Counted from the stretch's first letter, positions 24,992 through 43,100 are shown. The stretch is DNA of 64,000 nt from Eledone cirrhosa (GCA_964016885.1 OZ024748.1:24304001-24368000), one strand, 5' to 3'. Translations and numbers: made by a program. The notes: generated from the sequence alone by a model not told the origin.

Positions 24992-25699
24992 GTATGTATG
25001 TATGTATCGAAGCATGCATGTATGTGTGTATATATGAGTGTATGTATGTATCGAAGGATGCATGCATGTATGTATGTATTATGTATGTATATATTGAGTA
25101 ATATGAAAACTACGTGATACGGCAGCTGTAGCCTGATGACATCCGTTTCAAATCCCCATCCCTACCAATAATTGGAGCAGGTTGATCGTTGTTTGATTGA
25201 TAGAGTTGGGATGTGGTTTTTGAAGGGCGTGTTTAGATGTAATTCATTACTGGTGCCGTATAGTTTGGTTGGTAGGGTTGATTGTAAGATTACGTTTACT
25301 GGAGTTAGTAGATAGTATAGCTTTGGTTTAGAGTTGTTTACATTCTAGTTAGGGCCTTAGTTATATACCTATACATGCATGTATAAAATATTTCATTTTC
25401 CTCCTCTTTCTTCTATATGGTACTTTGCTCAGGATTAACGATATATACACCAGGTGTGCAGATCGCACTTCTCTATCTACCTGTGCTGATAACACAACTG
25501 TCGGTGTACTTTACGTGTTTAAATATCTTTCTTAACATCCTATTAAGAGTTGAATAGAGTGTATTTTAAGCACTAACCACAGGAAACTGCAACAGAATGG
25601 GGCGAAGAGAGAGGGCAACAGATTGTGACTATTTTGTAAATCTACCTGTAATTCTACCTGTACACACGTTTACTAAATATTTTTATCTCATGATATTGA

Positions 25700-26040
25700 T
25701 TTTGAAATTTAGACACAAGGCAAGCAAATTTAGAGTCAGGGCAAAGTTGATTAATTCAACCCCATTATGTTACTGGTACACAGGGCGGTGGATTGGCCGT
25801 ATCGGTAGAGGGTCGCACGCCATGCTTTGCAGCACAGTTACGTCCCTTTGCGGACTGAGTTCAAATCCCGCCGACGTTAACTTTGCCTTTCATCCTTACG
25901 CAGTCGATAAAATAAAGTACCAGTAATACACTGGGATAATTGCTGGCCTTGTGCCAACAAGTAGAAACAATTGTGTTACTGGTACACTATTCTATTGACT
26001 CGAGAAAGATGAAAGGCAAATTTCAACTTGGAAGAAACTA
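25700..26040. mobile_element. Plus-strand SINE (25785-25972) nested in an older minus-strand SINE
   Basis: TSD tgttactggtacac flanks the inner copy; the outer sequence matches the reverse SINE body. Confidence 0.75.
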
Positions 26041-26044
26041 AATA

Positions 26045-26332
26045 GAGATGACAAACTTTTAGCGTTGGGTGATTTGAATGTTCGTATTGGGTGTGACTAT
26101 ACTACATGGAGCAGCACAGGACGGCATGGAAGGGGAAAATGCAATGAAAATGGACTTCTCCTGTTACAGGTTTGCCAGGTATTTAATCTTGTTATGGGAG
26201 ACACATAGCTCAAACAGAAGAACAAGTATAAGATGGCCTAGAGGCGCCCTCGTTCACGTCATTGTAAGACGTAACGATTTGTGGGATGTTAGATCTGTCC
26301 GTTGCCTGAGAGGGGCATAGTGCTGGACAGAC
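26045..26332 (+). mobile_element. RTE-like APE endonuclease fragment
   Basis: Degenerate LGDLNVRIG, KCNENGLLLL, DVRSVRCLRGA.CWTD motifs. Confidence 0.65.
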
Positions 26333-26654
26333 ATATATATATATACACACATACATACAAACATGATGGTCGCAAACTCTGCTAAGAGTATTGCAATCGC
26401 TTGTCAGATTATAGAGTTTGGTGCACTTTTAGGTTGCGGCCAGCCAAACAAAAAGGAGAACATACATACATACATGATGGCTGCCCCGTCGTTATCGAGT
26501 ATGGCCATTGCACGATATAACATTTTTTAATAATTATCAATTAATGCTATCGTGCATTGCATGTGCGTGAAGATTGTTTTTAAAGTGAAGAAAGACTGTG
26601 CACTGAACCAATCTCACTCTCTGAGTAACAGTAACCATAACCCGAAAAGAAGAA

Positions 26655-26780
26655 AAGCTGAGGTTTTATGAGCTGCAGGTTTTATGAGCTGAGGTTTTAT
26701 GAGCTGAGGTTTTATGAGCTGCAGGTTTTATGAGCTGAGGTTTTATGAGCTGAGGTTTTATGAGCTGCAGGTTTTATGAG
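26655..26780. repeat. 15-16-bp minisatellite (gctg(c)aggttttatga)n
   Basis: About 8 tandem units. Confidence 0.9.
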
Positions 26781-27347
26781 AAGGTAACTCAGGAAACTGG
26801 GATAACTCCGACATACAGACACACATACATACATACATACATACATACATACATACATACATACATACATACATACATACATACATACATACATACATAC
26901 ATACATACCTGCATGCATATTTATAATTTTCAATATTCTTTTTCCAATCTGCTTCCTAACTAAAGGGTTTTTCCTTCTCGCTTAACTTTTGAAAATCATG
27001 AAACTGTGAAACCGGTAAAGCTGTTCTAAATAAATCTTCTTTAAGGCTCTTTAAATGCATTTTCAACTTCTTTTCTTTATATTTCGAACCGAAATGGATC
27101 TAGTGTATCCAGTTGAGCCATCTTATACAGCTTCATATGCAAATGAGATTAATCAACTCATTTACACAGACGAAAAAACTATATATTTTCGCCTGTTTTC
27201 AAAGTCCGGCAGTTGCAGGAGCGGGACAGATTCTATTCTATATATATACACACATACATATGTATATTCATATACATACATATACATATATATATATATA
27301 CATATATATATACATATATATATACATATATATACATATATATATAC

Positions 27348-27427
<80 letters not shown>

Positions 27428-27645
27428 GCATATGCATATATGTGTGTATGTATATATATGTGAGTGTGTGTGTTGCTATTAGTTTACATATGTGTTTCAA
27501 TGACTCATGTCACCTCAATAAGTGAATCTTGTTGTCTCTCCTTGTTTTATGCCAATCCCAACGGACTGCTCGAATATATCAATGGCAGCTAACTACTTAT
27601 TTAAGCAGACATACAGACGCACGCACACACACACACACACGCACG

Positions 27646-27684
<39 letters not shown>

Positions 27685-27819
27685 TTACACACACACTTAC
27701 ACACACACTAACACACACACTTACACACACACTAATACACACACTTACACACACTTACACACACTTACACACACACACACACACATTCACATCACACACA
27801 GAAAGTACACTCATTGACA

Positions 27820-28385
27820 GACGTGCACACAAACACAGGCATTTGGACATTCACACACATACACACACGTACATGCAGACACGTACATACACACGCAAGC
27901 ATTTGTACATTCACACACAAACACACACGTACATACACACACATAATACATACACAAGCATTTGTACATTCACACACACGTACATACACACACAAGCATT
28001 TGTACATTCACACACACGTACACACACACACAAGCATTTGTACATTCACACACAAACACACACGTACATACACACGCAAGAATTTGTACATTCACACACA
28101 AACACACACGTACATACACACACGTACATACACACGCAAGCATTTGTACATTCACACACAAACACACACGTACATACACACACATAATACATACACAAGC
28201 ATTTGTATATTCACACACACGTACATACACACACAAGCATTTGTACATTCACACACAAACACACACGTACATACACACACGTACATACATACACAAGCAT
28301 TTGTACATTCACACACACGTACATACACACACAAGCATTTGTACATTCACACACAAACACACACGTACATACACACGCAAGCGTT
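27820..28385. repeat. CA-derived minisatellite (caagcatttgtacattcacacac...)
   Basis: More than 10 units of variable length. Confidence 0.9.
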
Positions 28386-29070
28386 CCCACAAACAAATAC
28401 ACAGACACACACATATAGAAACACAAGAAGACACACTCAGTGATAAACACTTACACAGACATATACACACACGAAGCCATACTGATGACACAAAACAGTA
28501 ACACAGACACATGTGTAAGGTCGACCACGTGCGACATCATATCTATCTCCGTTCTCCGTTTATACAGCAGCCATATTGATTCAATAAATCATGAACACGG
28601 CTACAATATGATGGCGTAGCTTGAGGATATTTCTCCACCTCTTCCTTATTTATTTTCCCCGCCTAATTTTATTCTTGGAATCTTTACCTACATCACATCA
28701 GCTCTCTAGCAGCACCGACATAGATCACAACACTGCCATATATCTCACAACAATATACACCATTACACAGCTTATAAAAACCTGATATGATATGCATGTC
28801 TGTATACGTATGGATGAATGCGGTACTGTCTCACATATCATTCATATTCAACATTACTACATTAGCCTCCCTATATATATGTGTGGGGGGGGGGGGTGAC
28901 TGTGTGTGTGACTGTGTGTGTGACTGTGTGTGTGTGTGACTGTGTGTGCGTGTGCGAGTATGTGTATGTGTGTGTAGAAAGGTAAATAGAAATAACAATA
29001 ATAACAAAACAAACGGCATAGTACAAGGAAGAAATATATTAGTTTAACACTTGAAATAGCAGGAAGAGAG

Positions 29071-29106
29071 TCTTAACGTTTCGGACACTAGTCCTTTATC
29101 AAAAGA
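29071..29106 (-). ncRNA. Minimal type I hammerhead, U3-A8 core variant
   Basis: Minus strand tctt-TTGATAA-a-ggac(tagt)gtcc-GAAA-cg-TT-aaga; stem I tctt/aaga; stem II 4 bp. Confidence 0.55.
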
Positions 29107-29312
29107 TAGAGTTAGATATAGAAGATAAATAGAAAGTAAACAGCGATGGGAGGAAAGAATGGGAAAACTGAGAAAAATATGGGAAGAAGAAAAAACGCAC
29201 GTGCGTATTCAGTTGGCCATCTTGGAGAGTGGCTAGGGAATGGTAACTTTGGCGTACAAGAGGTTGACAAAGGGAGATAACTAGTGTATAGTGAGTATGC
29301 GTGAGTATGTTG

Positions 29313-29378
<66 letters not shown>

Positions 29379-29567
29379 ATATGTGTGCGCATGATAGTGT
29401 GTTCGTATGTTGGAAGGAGCTTCCGATTCCAGAGTCAGGAAGGAACATAATTCGATCGTTCCTCGAGCTAATCTGCAGTGAAACATATGTAATATGTAAT
29501 CAAATATGTATATGATGCAATACGGATTCTTTGTTCCCTATTTATTATTATTATTATTATTATTAAA

Positions 29568-29762
29568 CGGCGGTGGATTGGCAGTATCGGTAGAGAGTCG
29601 GACGCCATGCTTTCCAGCATAGTTATGTCTGAGTTCAATTCCCGCCGAGGTTAACTTTGCCTTTCATCCTTACGGGGTCGATAAAATAAAGTACCAGTAA
29701 TGTACTGGGTAGTTGCTGGCATTGTGCCTAAAAGTAGAAACAATTATTATTATTATTATTAT
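29568..29762 (+). mobile_element. tRNA-derived SINE within (ATT)n
   Basis: Same SINE family; ATT repeats on both sides. Confidence 0.9.
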
Positions 29763-29923
29763 TATATATGTATATATATATATATACATGATAAAATTCA
29801 GGACTTCGACGGCTGAGCTCCGGCCATTTCAACAGTTAGGTCCGATCTCAATTTTTTCATATTACCCACTCTACTACCCCAAGTATCGAGTACTCTATAT
29901 ATCTTATGTTGTTTAATACATAC

Positions 29924-29980
<57 letters not shown>

Positions 29981-30117
29981 CGAAGGAAATGTGGTAAGGA
30001 ACCAGGTGGACCATAACGCACCAAAGTACTCAATACTTAGGGTAGTAGAGTGGGTAATAGGAACAAGTAAGACCTCGACGGCTGAGCTCAAGCCGTTTCG
30101 ACGGCTAATTCTGTTCC

Positions 30118-30148
<31 letters not shown>

Positions 30149-30197
30149 TTTTGTCTATCTTGTTTCTACTCCCATAAATAGATTTTTGTCACTTCAA

Positions 30198-30240
<43 letters not shown>

Positions 30241-30241
<1 letters not shown>

Positions 30242-30351
30242 GATATTAAACAAATGGAAACTATATTTATAAAACCACATTTATTTCATTATACATATTT
30301 CAGGGATAAAATATTTACTCGTTGTAACCCAACAATTTTAAATAAAACTTT

Positions 30352-30382
<31 letters not shown>

Positions 30383-30833
30383 GGAAAGTTATATTTAAAT
30401 TGTTGGGTTAACAACGAGTAAATATTTATAACTGATATAAAAACACTCAACAAGTATTTGGAGTATATTTATGATATTAAATAAATGTAAACTATATTTA
30501 TAAAACCATATTTATTTCGTTATATATATTTCAGGGATATCATATTAACAATGTGTTATGCCATCTTCAGACAAAATACAATATAAACAGTCTTATAAAT
30601 AAATAGATACGACATACCTTTCAATCACCTTGCATTTGTGAGGTTGATTTGATCTGCCAAATCAACCTCACAAATGCAAGGTGATTGAAAGGTATGTCGT
30701 ATCTATTTATTTATAAGACTGTTTATATTGTATTTTGTCTGAAGATGGCATAACATATTGTTAATATGATATCCCTGAAATATATATAACGAAATAAATA
30801 TGGTTTTATAAATATAGTTTCCATTTATTTAAT

Positions 30834-30840
<7 letters not shown>
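30241..30840. mobile_element. Nested fold-back Penelope-like remnants with hammerhead ribozyme
   Basis: 30471-30650 is inverted at 30659-30838 (8-nt loop); a second partial fold-back at 30241-30355; (TA)n boundaries. Confidence 0.75.
30731..30796 (+). ncRNA. Type I hammerhead ribozyme (inverse copy at ~30513-30578)
   Basis: tattttgt-CTGAAGA-(stem II catatt/aatatg)-GAAA-t(atat)a-TA^acgaaata; 8-bp stem I with one G-U pair. Confidence 0.8.
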
Positions 30841-30884
<44 letters not shown>

Positions 30885-31145
30885 TTGAAGTGACAAAAAT
30901 CTATTTATAGGAGTAGAAACAAGATAGACAAAACATATTTTGTCTATACTTGCTTATATAAAGATCTCCCTGCCATGGCTTCGTTTGCGGAAGAATTCTT
31001 ATTGGAACCACCAATAATTGAAGAATCCATAATACTCTTCAGGGGAGTTTAAATTCTTCAAAAGCTAAGAGAATATTGACCAAGAAATTATACATGCTGA
31101 ACAAAAACGCACTGTTTCACTCAAGGAATCAATTTAAAAACTGTT

Positions 31146-31319
31146 AGTAAAATTCCGTTATAACGAAATTCAAGAGAATTTTTTAAAATCGTTGTAACGA
31201 AATATTCTTTATAACGAGATCGATCGAATCACATCGAGTGTGTGGTCAGGATTAAAAATAATTTCGTTATACTGAAGAATTCGTTATAATAGTATTCGTT
31301 ATAACGGAATTTTACCTGT
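31146..31319. mobile_element. Tc1/pogo-type MITE remnant
   Basis: TIR gtaaaattccgttataacgaa ... ttcgttataacggaattttacctg|ta with internal ttcgttata repeats. Confidence 0.65.
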
Positions 31320-31520
31320 ATAACAAATTATTAATTAACATGAAGATGTCTATAATGAAATTATTTATTTAATTTCATGAGCAGACTATTCCTTTGATGA
31401 AACAATGGAATACTCGCCATTGGATACGACGGAAGTGGGACACCAGCACACATGTATGTATATATGTATGTAAGTATGTGTTTGTATGTATGTATGTATG
31501 CATGTATATACGTATATACA

Positions 31521-31556
<36 letters not shown>

Positions 31557-31599
31557 TGTATGTATGTATGTATGTATGTATGTATGTATGCATTATGTA

Positions 31600-32172
31600 T
31601 GTTCTCCTGGTTTTATAATTTCACAAATGTTTGCCAATAGAGAGAGAGTCGGTTTCTATCATATCTACAAGATTCTCTCATTGGAATTTACACAACATCA
31701 ACTAGGTAGATATGTATGCATGCATGTGTGTGCAGGTATGGATGTTATTGTATGTGTGGATGTGGATGTTTTGAGTTGTATGTGTGCATGTGTATATGCT
31801 TTGTATCTGTACATGTGTATATGTACTTATTAGATGCAAAATTGTTGGAATGTTTTATATATTTTTACTGTTCCATTAATGGATTGTACTTGTAATTTCC
31901 TAACTAGTTGTGTTGTTTCTGTTCCTGTGAAGCCTAGCTTCTCAAGATTTGTACTGAGGCAGTTACTAACATATTCCAGTGCCCCAATAATCACAGGTAT
32001 AAATCTGAAGGTATAGTCAGGGTGGAGGATCTGCAGATTTCTCATTAGTTCTGCATAAATAATCCCCTTTCCGCTAATCTTTGATATTATACTGACATCT
32101 GCTGGGCAGCTAACTTCCACTACTGTGCATGCCTTTTTTTCCCCTATCCCATATCATTATATCTGGTCTTTT
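31600..32172 (-). mobile_element. R4/Dong-like LINE 3' fragment, second copy
   Basis: Highly similar to 23574-24140; VEVSCP, PVIIGAL; again bounded by TATG-type repeats. Confidence 0.85.
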
Positions 32173-32233
32173 ATGCTATGTATATATGCATGTATATATG
32201 TATATATACATGTGCTACTGGTAACATGTAACC

Positions 32234-32720
32234 CAGTACAACCTGTCTCATGGTCGGGTCGTCGGCGACTAAACCAGCAACCTCCACCAAGGTAGCTTGG
32301 TGAGGAGGGTGGTATTTGGACACCCTGCGGGATGAAATACAGGACCTGGCAAAGGGTGGAGGGACTCAGAAGAGTCAACGGCCATCCAAATAGTACTTTT
32401 TTTTTTTCACCTGGGAGTGAAAGGCCCCCAGTTGTTGTCACAACACCTTTCTAGGAGAGGGAAACTCTGGAAAAGAAACCTGCAGCTTTGGAAGCATCCG
32501 ATGATGTTGACCAGTTCTCCTTTTCAGGTAGTGTTTGCGATGCTCACAGAGTGGGATTGGTCGAGTGCAAAGCCTTTCCCCACTTAAAAAAACATTCAAA
32601 GCACAGGCATTACTTGTTCAGGATATGTCACAGGTTTGTGTGACTGGCCGTAGCCTAAAAGTGCACCAAACTCTATAATCCTCCAAGTAATTGCAGTACT
32701 CTTAGCAGAGTTTGCAACCA
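32234..32720 (+). mobile_element. Short non-coding RTE-related element
   Basis: The 5' part matches 49200-49440 (reverse); the 3' end matches 26362-26445 (reverse); TATG-rich tail. Confidence 0.55.
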
Positions 32721-33608
32721 ATATATATGTATATATATGTATGCATGTACGTATGTATGTGTGTATGTGTGTATGCATGCATGCATGCATGCATTTATGT
32801 ATGCATGCAAGCATGTATTTATATGTATTTATTTACGTATGATAATATGTATATAATTTCCTATTATTGGGATTTGTCCCTACTCAGAAGTAGCCGGTTT
32901 CTAACAAAGAAACAAAGCAACGTTACTGGAATTCATTAAAATATAAAGGTGACAACTTCCCTGTTTAATTTTATTAAAGCGTTGCAGATCTTTACTCTTC
33001 AGCATCTTGATTTTATTTGCATGTTATTTGGTCACTTTGTGCCTGAAAAGCCCAGTTTTTCGAGAGGTTGCCATTTAGACATTTACTAACAATACAAACA
33101 CATAAATACAGACACATACATCGATACAATACAAATACATAAATATGGAGCTCAATTGCGCTGCACATGTTCTGTTGGAGTCGTAGGAACGTTCTCCTGA
33201 CACACGGCCTGTCTGGAGCATTTCAAACCTGCCGGAGCCCTTCACTCTCCAGATTTAAGGAAATTTGATCTGAGAGAGAGAGGGAGGGAGATGGGGAGGG
33301 GGGGGGGGGGGGGGGTAGACCAATAATTATTAATACAAATGAAGATATTTAAAGTGGGGAGAGAGGCACTAAGTTTCAAAGTAGTTACCCATAATTATTT
33401 CTGCTGTCAATAAATTTGAAAGATGCGTTTACATCTGTGCAGTGAATTGGCAAAGTCGGCAGAGCGCCGGCTTAGAAATGCCTCGGTATTTTTTTCCGGC
33501 TCTCTGTCCTATGAGTTCAAATCCTGACGAGGTCACCTTTGCCTTTCATCATTTTGAGGTCGATAAATAAAGTACCAATGCAGTACTGGGGTTGATTCTT
33601 TATCACCT

Positions 33609-33666
<58 letters not shown>

Positions 33667-33849
33667 CTATCTCTCTCTTGCTTCTCTTTTGAAGTGATCA
33701 AATGTCCTCAAATCTGAAGAGGGAGAGGCTCCGGCAGGTTTTAAATGCTCCAGGTAGGTCGTGTGTCTGGAGAGCGTCCCTACGACGCCAACTGAAGTTA
33801 AGGTCTGTTAACATGAGAAGCGCAGTTGAGCTCCATAGTTATGTAATTA

Positions 33850-33902
33850 TGTGTTTGTATAGTAACGCTGTACGTGTGTGTGTATGTGTTTGTATTGTAA
33901 CG

Positions 33903-33944
<42 letters not shown>

Positions 33945-34480
33945 TTGCATTCTAAGGATGTACGTGTGTGTGTGTGTTTGCATTCTAAGGGTGTACGTGT
34001 GTGTGTGTGTGTGTGTTTATATTGTAACGGTGTATGTGTTTGTATTGTAAGGGTGTACGTGTGATTGTGTGTGTGTGTTTGTATTGTAATGGTGTCCGTG
34101 TGTGTGTTTATGTGTTTGTATTGTAACGGTGTACGTGTGTGTGTGTGTTTGTATTGTAAAGGTGTAGGTGAGTGCGTATGTGTTTGTATTGTAAAGGTGT
34201 ACGTGAGAGTGTGTTTATGTGTTTGTATTGTAACGGTGTACGTGAGAGTGTGTTTATGTGTTTGTATTGTAACGGTGTACGTGAGAGTGTGTTTATGTGT
34301 TTGTATTGTAACGGTGTACGTGAGAGTGTGTTTATGTGTTTGTATTGTAATGGTGTACGTGTGTGTATGTGTTTGTATTGTAATGGTGTACATGTGTGTG
34401 TGAGTGTGTGTGTTTGCATTCTAAGTGTGTACGTGTGTGTGTTTATGTGTTTGTATTGTAACGGTGTATGTGTGTTTATG
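33850..34480. repeat. ~40-bp GT-derived minisatellite (gtttgtattgtaacggtgtacgtg...)
   Basis: More than 12 tandem units. Confidence 0.9.
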
Positions 34481-34766
34481 TTTGTATATCTTTATGTCTG
34501 ATTATTATTGTTTTGTATATTTGAGTGTATATATGTATGCGCAATTGTATATATATTTGTATGTCATTGTATGTGTGTGTTTTGTCTGCAACCTATTGTA
34601 TATATGTTCCTATATTATTGTGTATATTCATGCAAATGCTCGTGACATTGTTTATGTGTTCATGTCATTGTGTGTGCGTGTGAGTGTGTGTGTGTGTGTC
34701 AATACGTAGGTATGTTTATACTGCAAGATTTTGTATACGTATTCATATATCAGTGCGTGTGTGTAA

Positions 34767-34904
<138 letters not shown>

Positions 34905-35431
34905 GTCTGTGTGTGTGTACGTGTGTGTGTGTGAACGCATTTAATTCGTTATTGCCAGCAATTTGCGTATGAGTTCGTACGCTGATGTATATATATATGT
35001 GTGTGTGTGTGTTTTACACCCCCCTGCTCGCCCTCTCTCTTTGCTTGTCTGTCCGTCTGTCAGTTTATCTCCCCCTCCCCAACTCTCTGTTTATATCAGT
35101 TGTACATATGTTGTTACTAGAAGTCACTGACCGTAATGTTGTTGACCTGAACGAGTATAATTCTGATAAGATGTCCATCATAAAACGTATTTAAACAGGT
35201 TTCTTTTCAAATTTTAAAAATAGAAACAATAAACTTCAAAAAAGTTAAAATGTTCGAGATGAAGGTGATAAACACTTATTACTGTTTGACACAATCTTTT
35301 TCTCTTTCTTCTCCAGGTATTAAATACGAAATAAGTGGGAAGGATCAAAATAAATAATCACCTTCATTCTCTCGCCTTTTATTCTTTCAGGGTCAATCAA
35401 TGAACTACTAATCAAACATTAGGATCGATTT

Positions 35432-35493
<62 letters not shown>

Positions 35494-35497
35494 CCTT

Positions 35498-35566
<69 letters not shown>

Positions 35567-36029
35567 CTATCCGAATCTCACCCCCCTCTCTGAATCGACT
35601 ACTGCGTGAAGAGACTAAGAATAGAGTAATCACATCGCGGCCTCGACAGTCCCTTACCCCCCTCCCCTCCCCCACCACCACCCAAAGGCCCGGAAGAAAT
35701 ACCATAAAGCACTTTACCCGGCCCCCTAATAATCCCGCCAATCCACCATCCATAGGAGAAAGAGATAATGATGATTTCTTATTTAGACACAAGGCCAGCA
35801 ATTTGTGGAAAAAGTAAAGTTGATTAAATCGACCCCAGTGCGTTACTGGTACTTTATTTTATCGACCCCGGATAGATATAAGGCAAAGTTAACCCAAAAC
35901 GAAATTAAACGCCATAATAACTCTGCCAATCCGCCCTACCTCCACCCCGGGAAAAGAGATAATAATAAAAACAAAATCTACATTATTATTAGTGAATGAA
36001 GGTAATATTCTTTCCTATTATCTCTCTGC

Positions 36030-36066
36030 TCTACGCTGAAGAAGGGCTTATGCCAGAAACGTTGAT
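36030..36066 (+). ncRNA. Degenerate minimal hammerhead (Penelope-type)
   Basis: CTGAAGA-agggcttatgcca-GAAA-cg-TT; resembles 58111-58138. Confidence 0.45.
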
Positions 36067-36324
36067 ATTTGTTTTTCTTTTTCCTGCGATAAAATACATT
36101 GACTTTACATTGACTTGTAAATATTTGTATTGCATTACTGTTATATATTGATTGTTAATGCTGGTTTTCTTCGATTTGGTGAATCAGTTTTAAGATATCA
36201 CTTTCTGTTGCCATCCAGATTGATGGGATGTCACTCGCAAAGGTTTGTATTACTGGAAAGGTATAACAAGACACGTCGCATCTACAGTGATCTATATAAC
36301 ATTAAAAGTGTTGGTGGCATGATC

Positions 36325-36378
36325 TTCATGATGATGATGATGATGATGATGTTGTTGATATTGTTTTGTTGATGTTGT

Positions 36379-36413
<35 letters not shown>

Positions 36414-36484
36414 TTGATATTGTTTTGTTGATGTTGTTGATGATGATGATGATGATGTTGTTGATATTGTTTTGTTGATGTTGT

Positions 36485-36519
<35 letters not shown>

Positions 36520-36820
36520 TTGTTGATATTGTTTTGTTGATGTTGTTGATGATGATGAGGATGATGATGACGACGACGACGACGATGATGATGATAATAT
36601 CGTTTTGTTGTTGTTGATGATGATGATGATGATGATGGTGGTGGTGATGACGATGATGCTGACGATGATAACGATGAGGAGGAGGATGATAACGATGATA
36701 ACGATGCTGCTGATGATTATGATGATGATGATGATGACGTTGATAACGATGCTGCTGCTGCTGCGGAACATGATGATGATGACGATGATGACGACGATGA
36801 TGACGACGATGCTGATGATG
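36325..36820. repeat. (GAT)n microsatellite with repeated gatattgttttgtt spacer
   Basis: Visible repeat. Confidence 0.9.
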
Positions 36821-39529
36821 GGAGAGGGTGAAGGTGGTCTACAGTGGAATGGCTAGCTACCTTTTTTTCAGAAATAATACGAATTTATTTTTATTTCTTT
36901 CCTGTTTTTACTTCCGTCACTTCCATTTTTTTTTTTTACTTTCGTTTCTAAAATGCGCTCTAAAATAAGATTTAACCTCTCTAGTTCTGTAAGAATACCT
37001 CTACTTTGGAAATTAGAAGTGTTAGACTTCTAAATAAATATTCTAAAAAACAATACTGACTCACATTCAGTCTGTTAATGAAATGAGGAATATCAGAGAA
37101 ACAAAATTTAAAAATATATACTTTGGAAAATATTCAATAAGAAAATGTACTCAGATATACCAATAGTTATAGGTTCTACTGCAGAATATACAAGAAAAAG
37201 AATGAAAATGATGTCTATTCCATAATGAAAGCATTAGTATAGTACTTTGAGCATTGATATAGGCTAGAGACGGATATGACCGACAATAGAATTACTGAAT
37301 GGATTTGAAAAGTATCGTGAAATTCCGAATTTGACTTTTATCTATATATACTGAGGTTTGGGGTTTTTTTTGCTTTGTTTTCTTCCTTTTTTTTTGTGGC
37401 TTTATGTTTGTTGTTATTGTTGTTGTTGCTGTTGTTGTTTGTCCGTTGCCATGTATTTTCAATATTCTGTGTGTGAATATTGGGGTCGCTGGGGATCCAC
37501 CAGAGTTTTGAACAATGGTGTTATATGCCTAAGCAGAACCTGCAATATGACTGAGATTTTACCGTAAGCTCACCAGATACTATCCGGCTTCCTGGCAATT
37601 CACTTTCTTTTCATTAGCAATTTTCAATGGCGCTTTTTTATATTTCCTTTCAGTTTCATTTAACTGTCAGCCATATTGAACTTCAGTCCTATCGATATCA
37701 TCGCTGATAATCAAAGTTAATACGAGTAGTGAAAGTTTTGATATTGTACTATTTCATTTTCTCACATTTTCAACTCAAATGATGATCAAATATATAAAAA
37801 TAGTTGTTTAAATATACGTTGTTTGGAATGACATCCTATATTGATAATACATTTTATAGAAGGGTCCGTCTGGAACCTTTTACCATTTGTATAAAACCCG
37901 CTTTTGTCAATTATTTATTTTTTTCAATTCGAATGATGTTTGGATTCATTTACTCTCTGATAGTTTTTTTTTTTTTGTTGAACCCATACTAGTGGAAACA
38001 TTTGGTGTCCTAGACACACGGACTATCTTCCTATCTACTTCTATCGAGATGGGAATGGACATGTGTAAGAACGATACCCGGTCAAGAGATTTGATATATT
38101 TTATTCTAAAACTATGGTGATTGGTATTGTTATTGACCATTATTCACAGAAAGATTGATTCCATTGTAGCTTTGAATATTCTAACTTTTGTTTTTGTGGT
38201 TATGTTAGATTTCCACACGTTATCTTGCGAGTTCACAGCAGACCATGCTTGCATTACCCTGTTGTCTATATCATTTGACAAGTTGGTGTATACAATATCG
38301 CTTTATGATTTGATGTTTGTTGCTTGACCTGAGTGGATGATCATATATTTGGTTTTGTTGACATTTAGAAAGAGTCCAATGGCTTGAGTAGACACATCTA
38401 ACTTGTACAAGAGATCCTCAACATTACTTAGTGAATATGCACATAAGATAATATGTCATCAGCGACTTCCATATCTGCAAGGTGTTGTGACGGATGCCTC
38501 GTGCGTCTACGGTTTTGAAGTGTAAAGCCATCATAATCATCAATAGTAACACGTAATTCATATCAAGTACGATGATAAATGCTAAGCAGTATTTGTTCCG
38601 GCTCTTTACATTCTGAATTCAAATCCACATGGTTCTTTCTAATATTACCTTAAGGCTAGCAATTTTCAGGGAAGGGAATTCGATTACACCAACTTCAATA
38701 GTTAACTGGTACTTCACAATTCTTAATTCTTGGATTGATGAATAAAATACTAGTTAACTACTGAGGTTGATCGGATTCCCTTCCCTGAAAATTGCCGGCC
38801 TTATGACAATATTACATAGGCATGCTTTTATATTAGAAACAACTATTATTTTGCTTGGCTATTCTACAACGAAACCAGTTTTTATTATAGATAAATAATA
38901 TATAATGCATTCCTCAAGACATATATATATATCTAGCTGTACATTTTGGTCTAACCACCAACAAAGACATTGCTTTTATTCCGTTACAATAGAATATTCT
39001 AAACAAAATGATAACGCCACAAACATATATACACATAAATACACACCTACATATACATATAAACACACATACACATACACACACATTCACGTACACGTAT
39101 TCATTATGACGCATAAACTTCCGTATAAAGGTACACACATATATATACATATTTCAATATATATATACATACACAGGTATACAAATACACACATTCAAAT
39201 AAACATATAAAAGCACACATTTATGTACACATTTCAATACACACACGCATGCAATACATAAATACATAAATACGCACACATATACTTATAAAAGGACACA
39301 CATTTGAAAGGGTCTGAGGTCAGCCTTACACTCACCTCATGAATATTCATGGCAAAGTGATCACATGATAATTTCTCTTGTTATTTCGAGGTTTAAAGAC
39401 ATTCTCGCCTTAATGTGAATACGTGTCTGTTGTGTGTGTGTGTTAATGCTTCTATATGTGTGTATGAGTGTCTATATGTGTGTGTCTGTGTGTGCACTCA
39501 TTCACACGCAGCGAGGAGACGAGAGGGGG

Positions 39530-43100
<3,571 letters not shown>

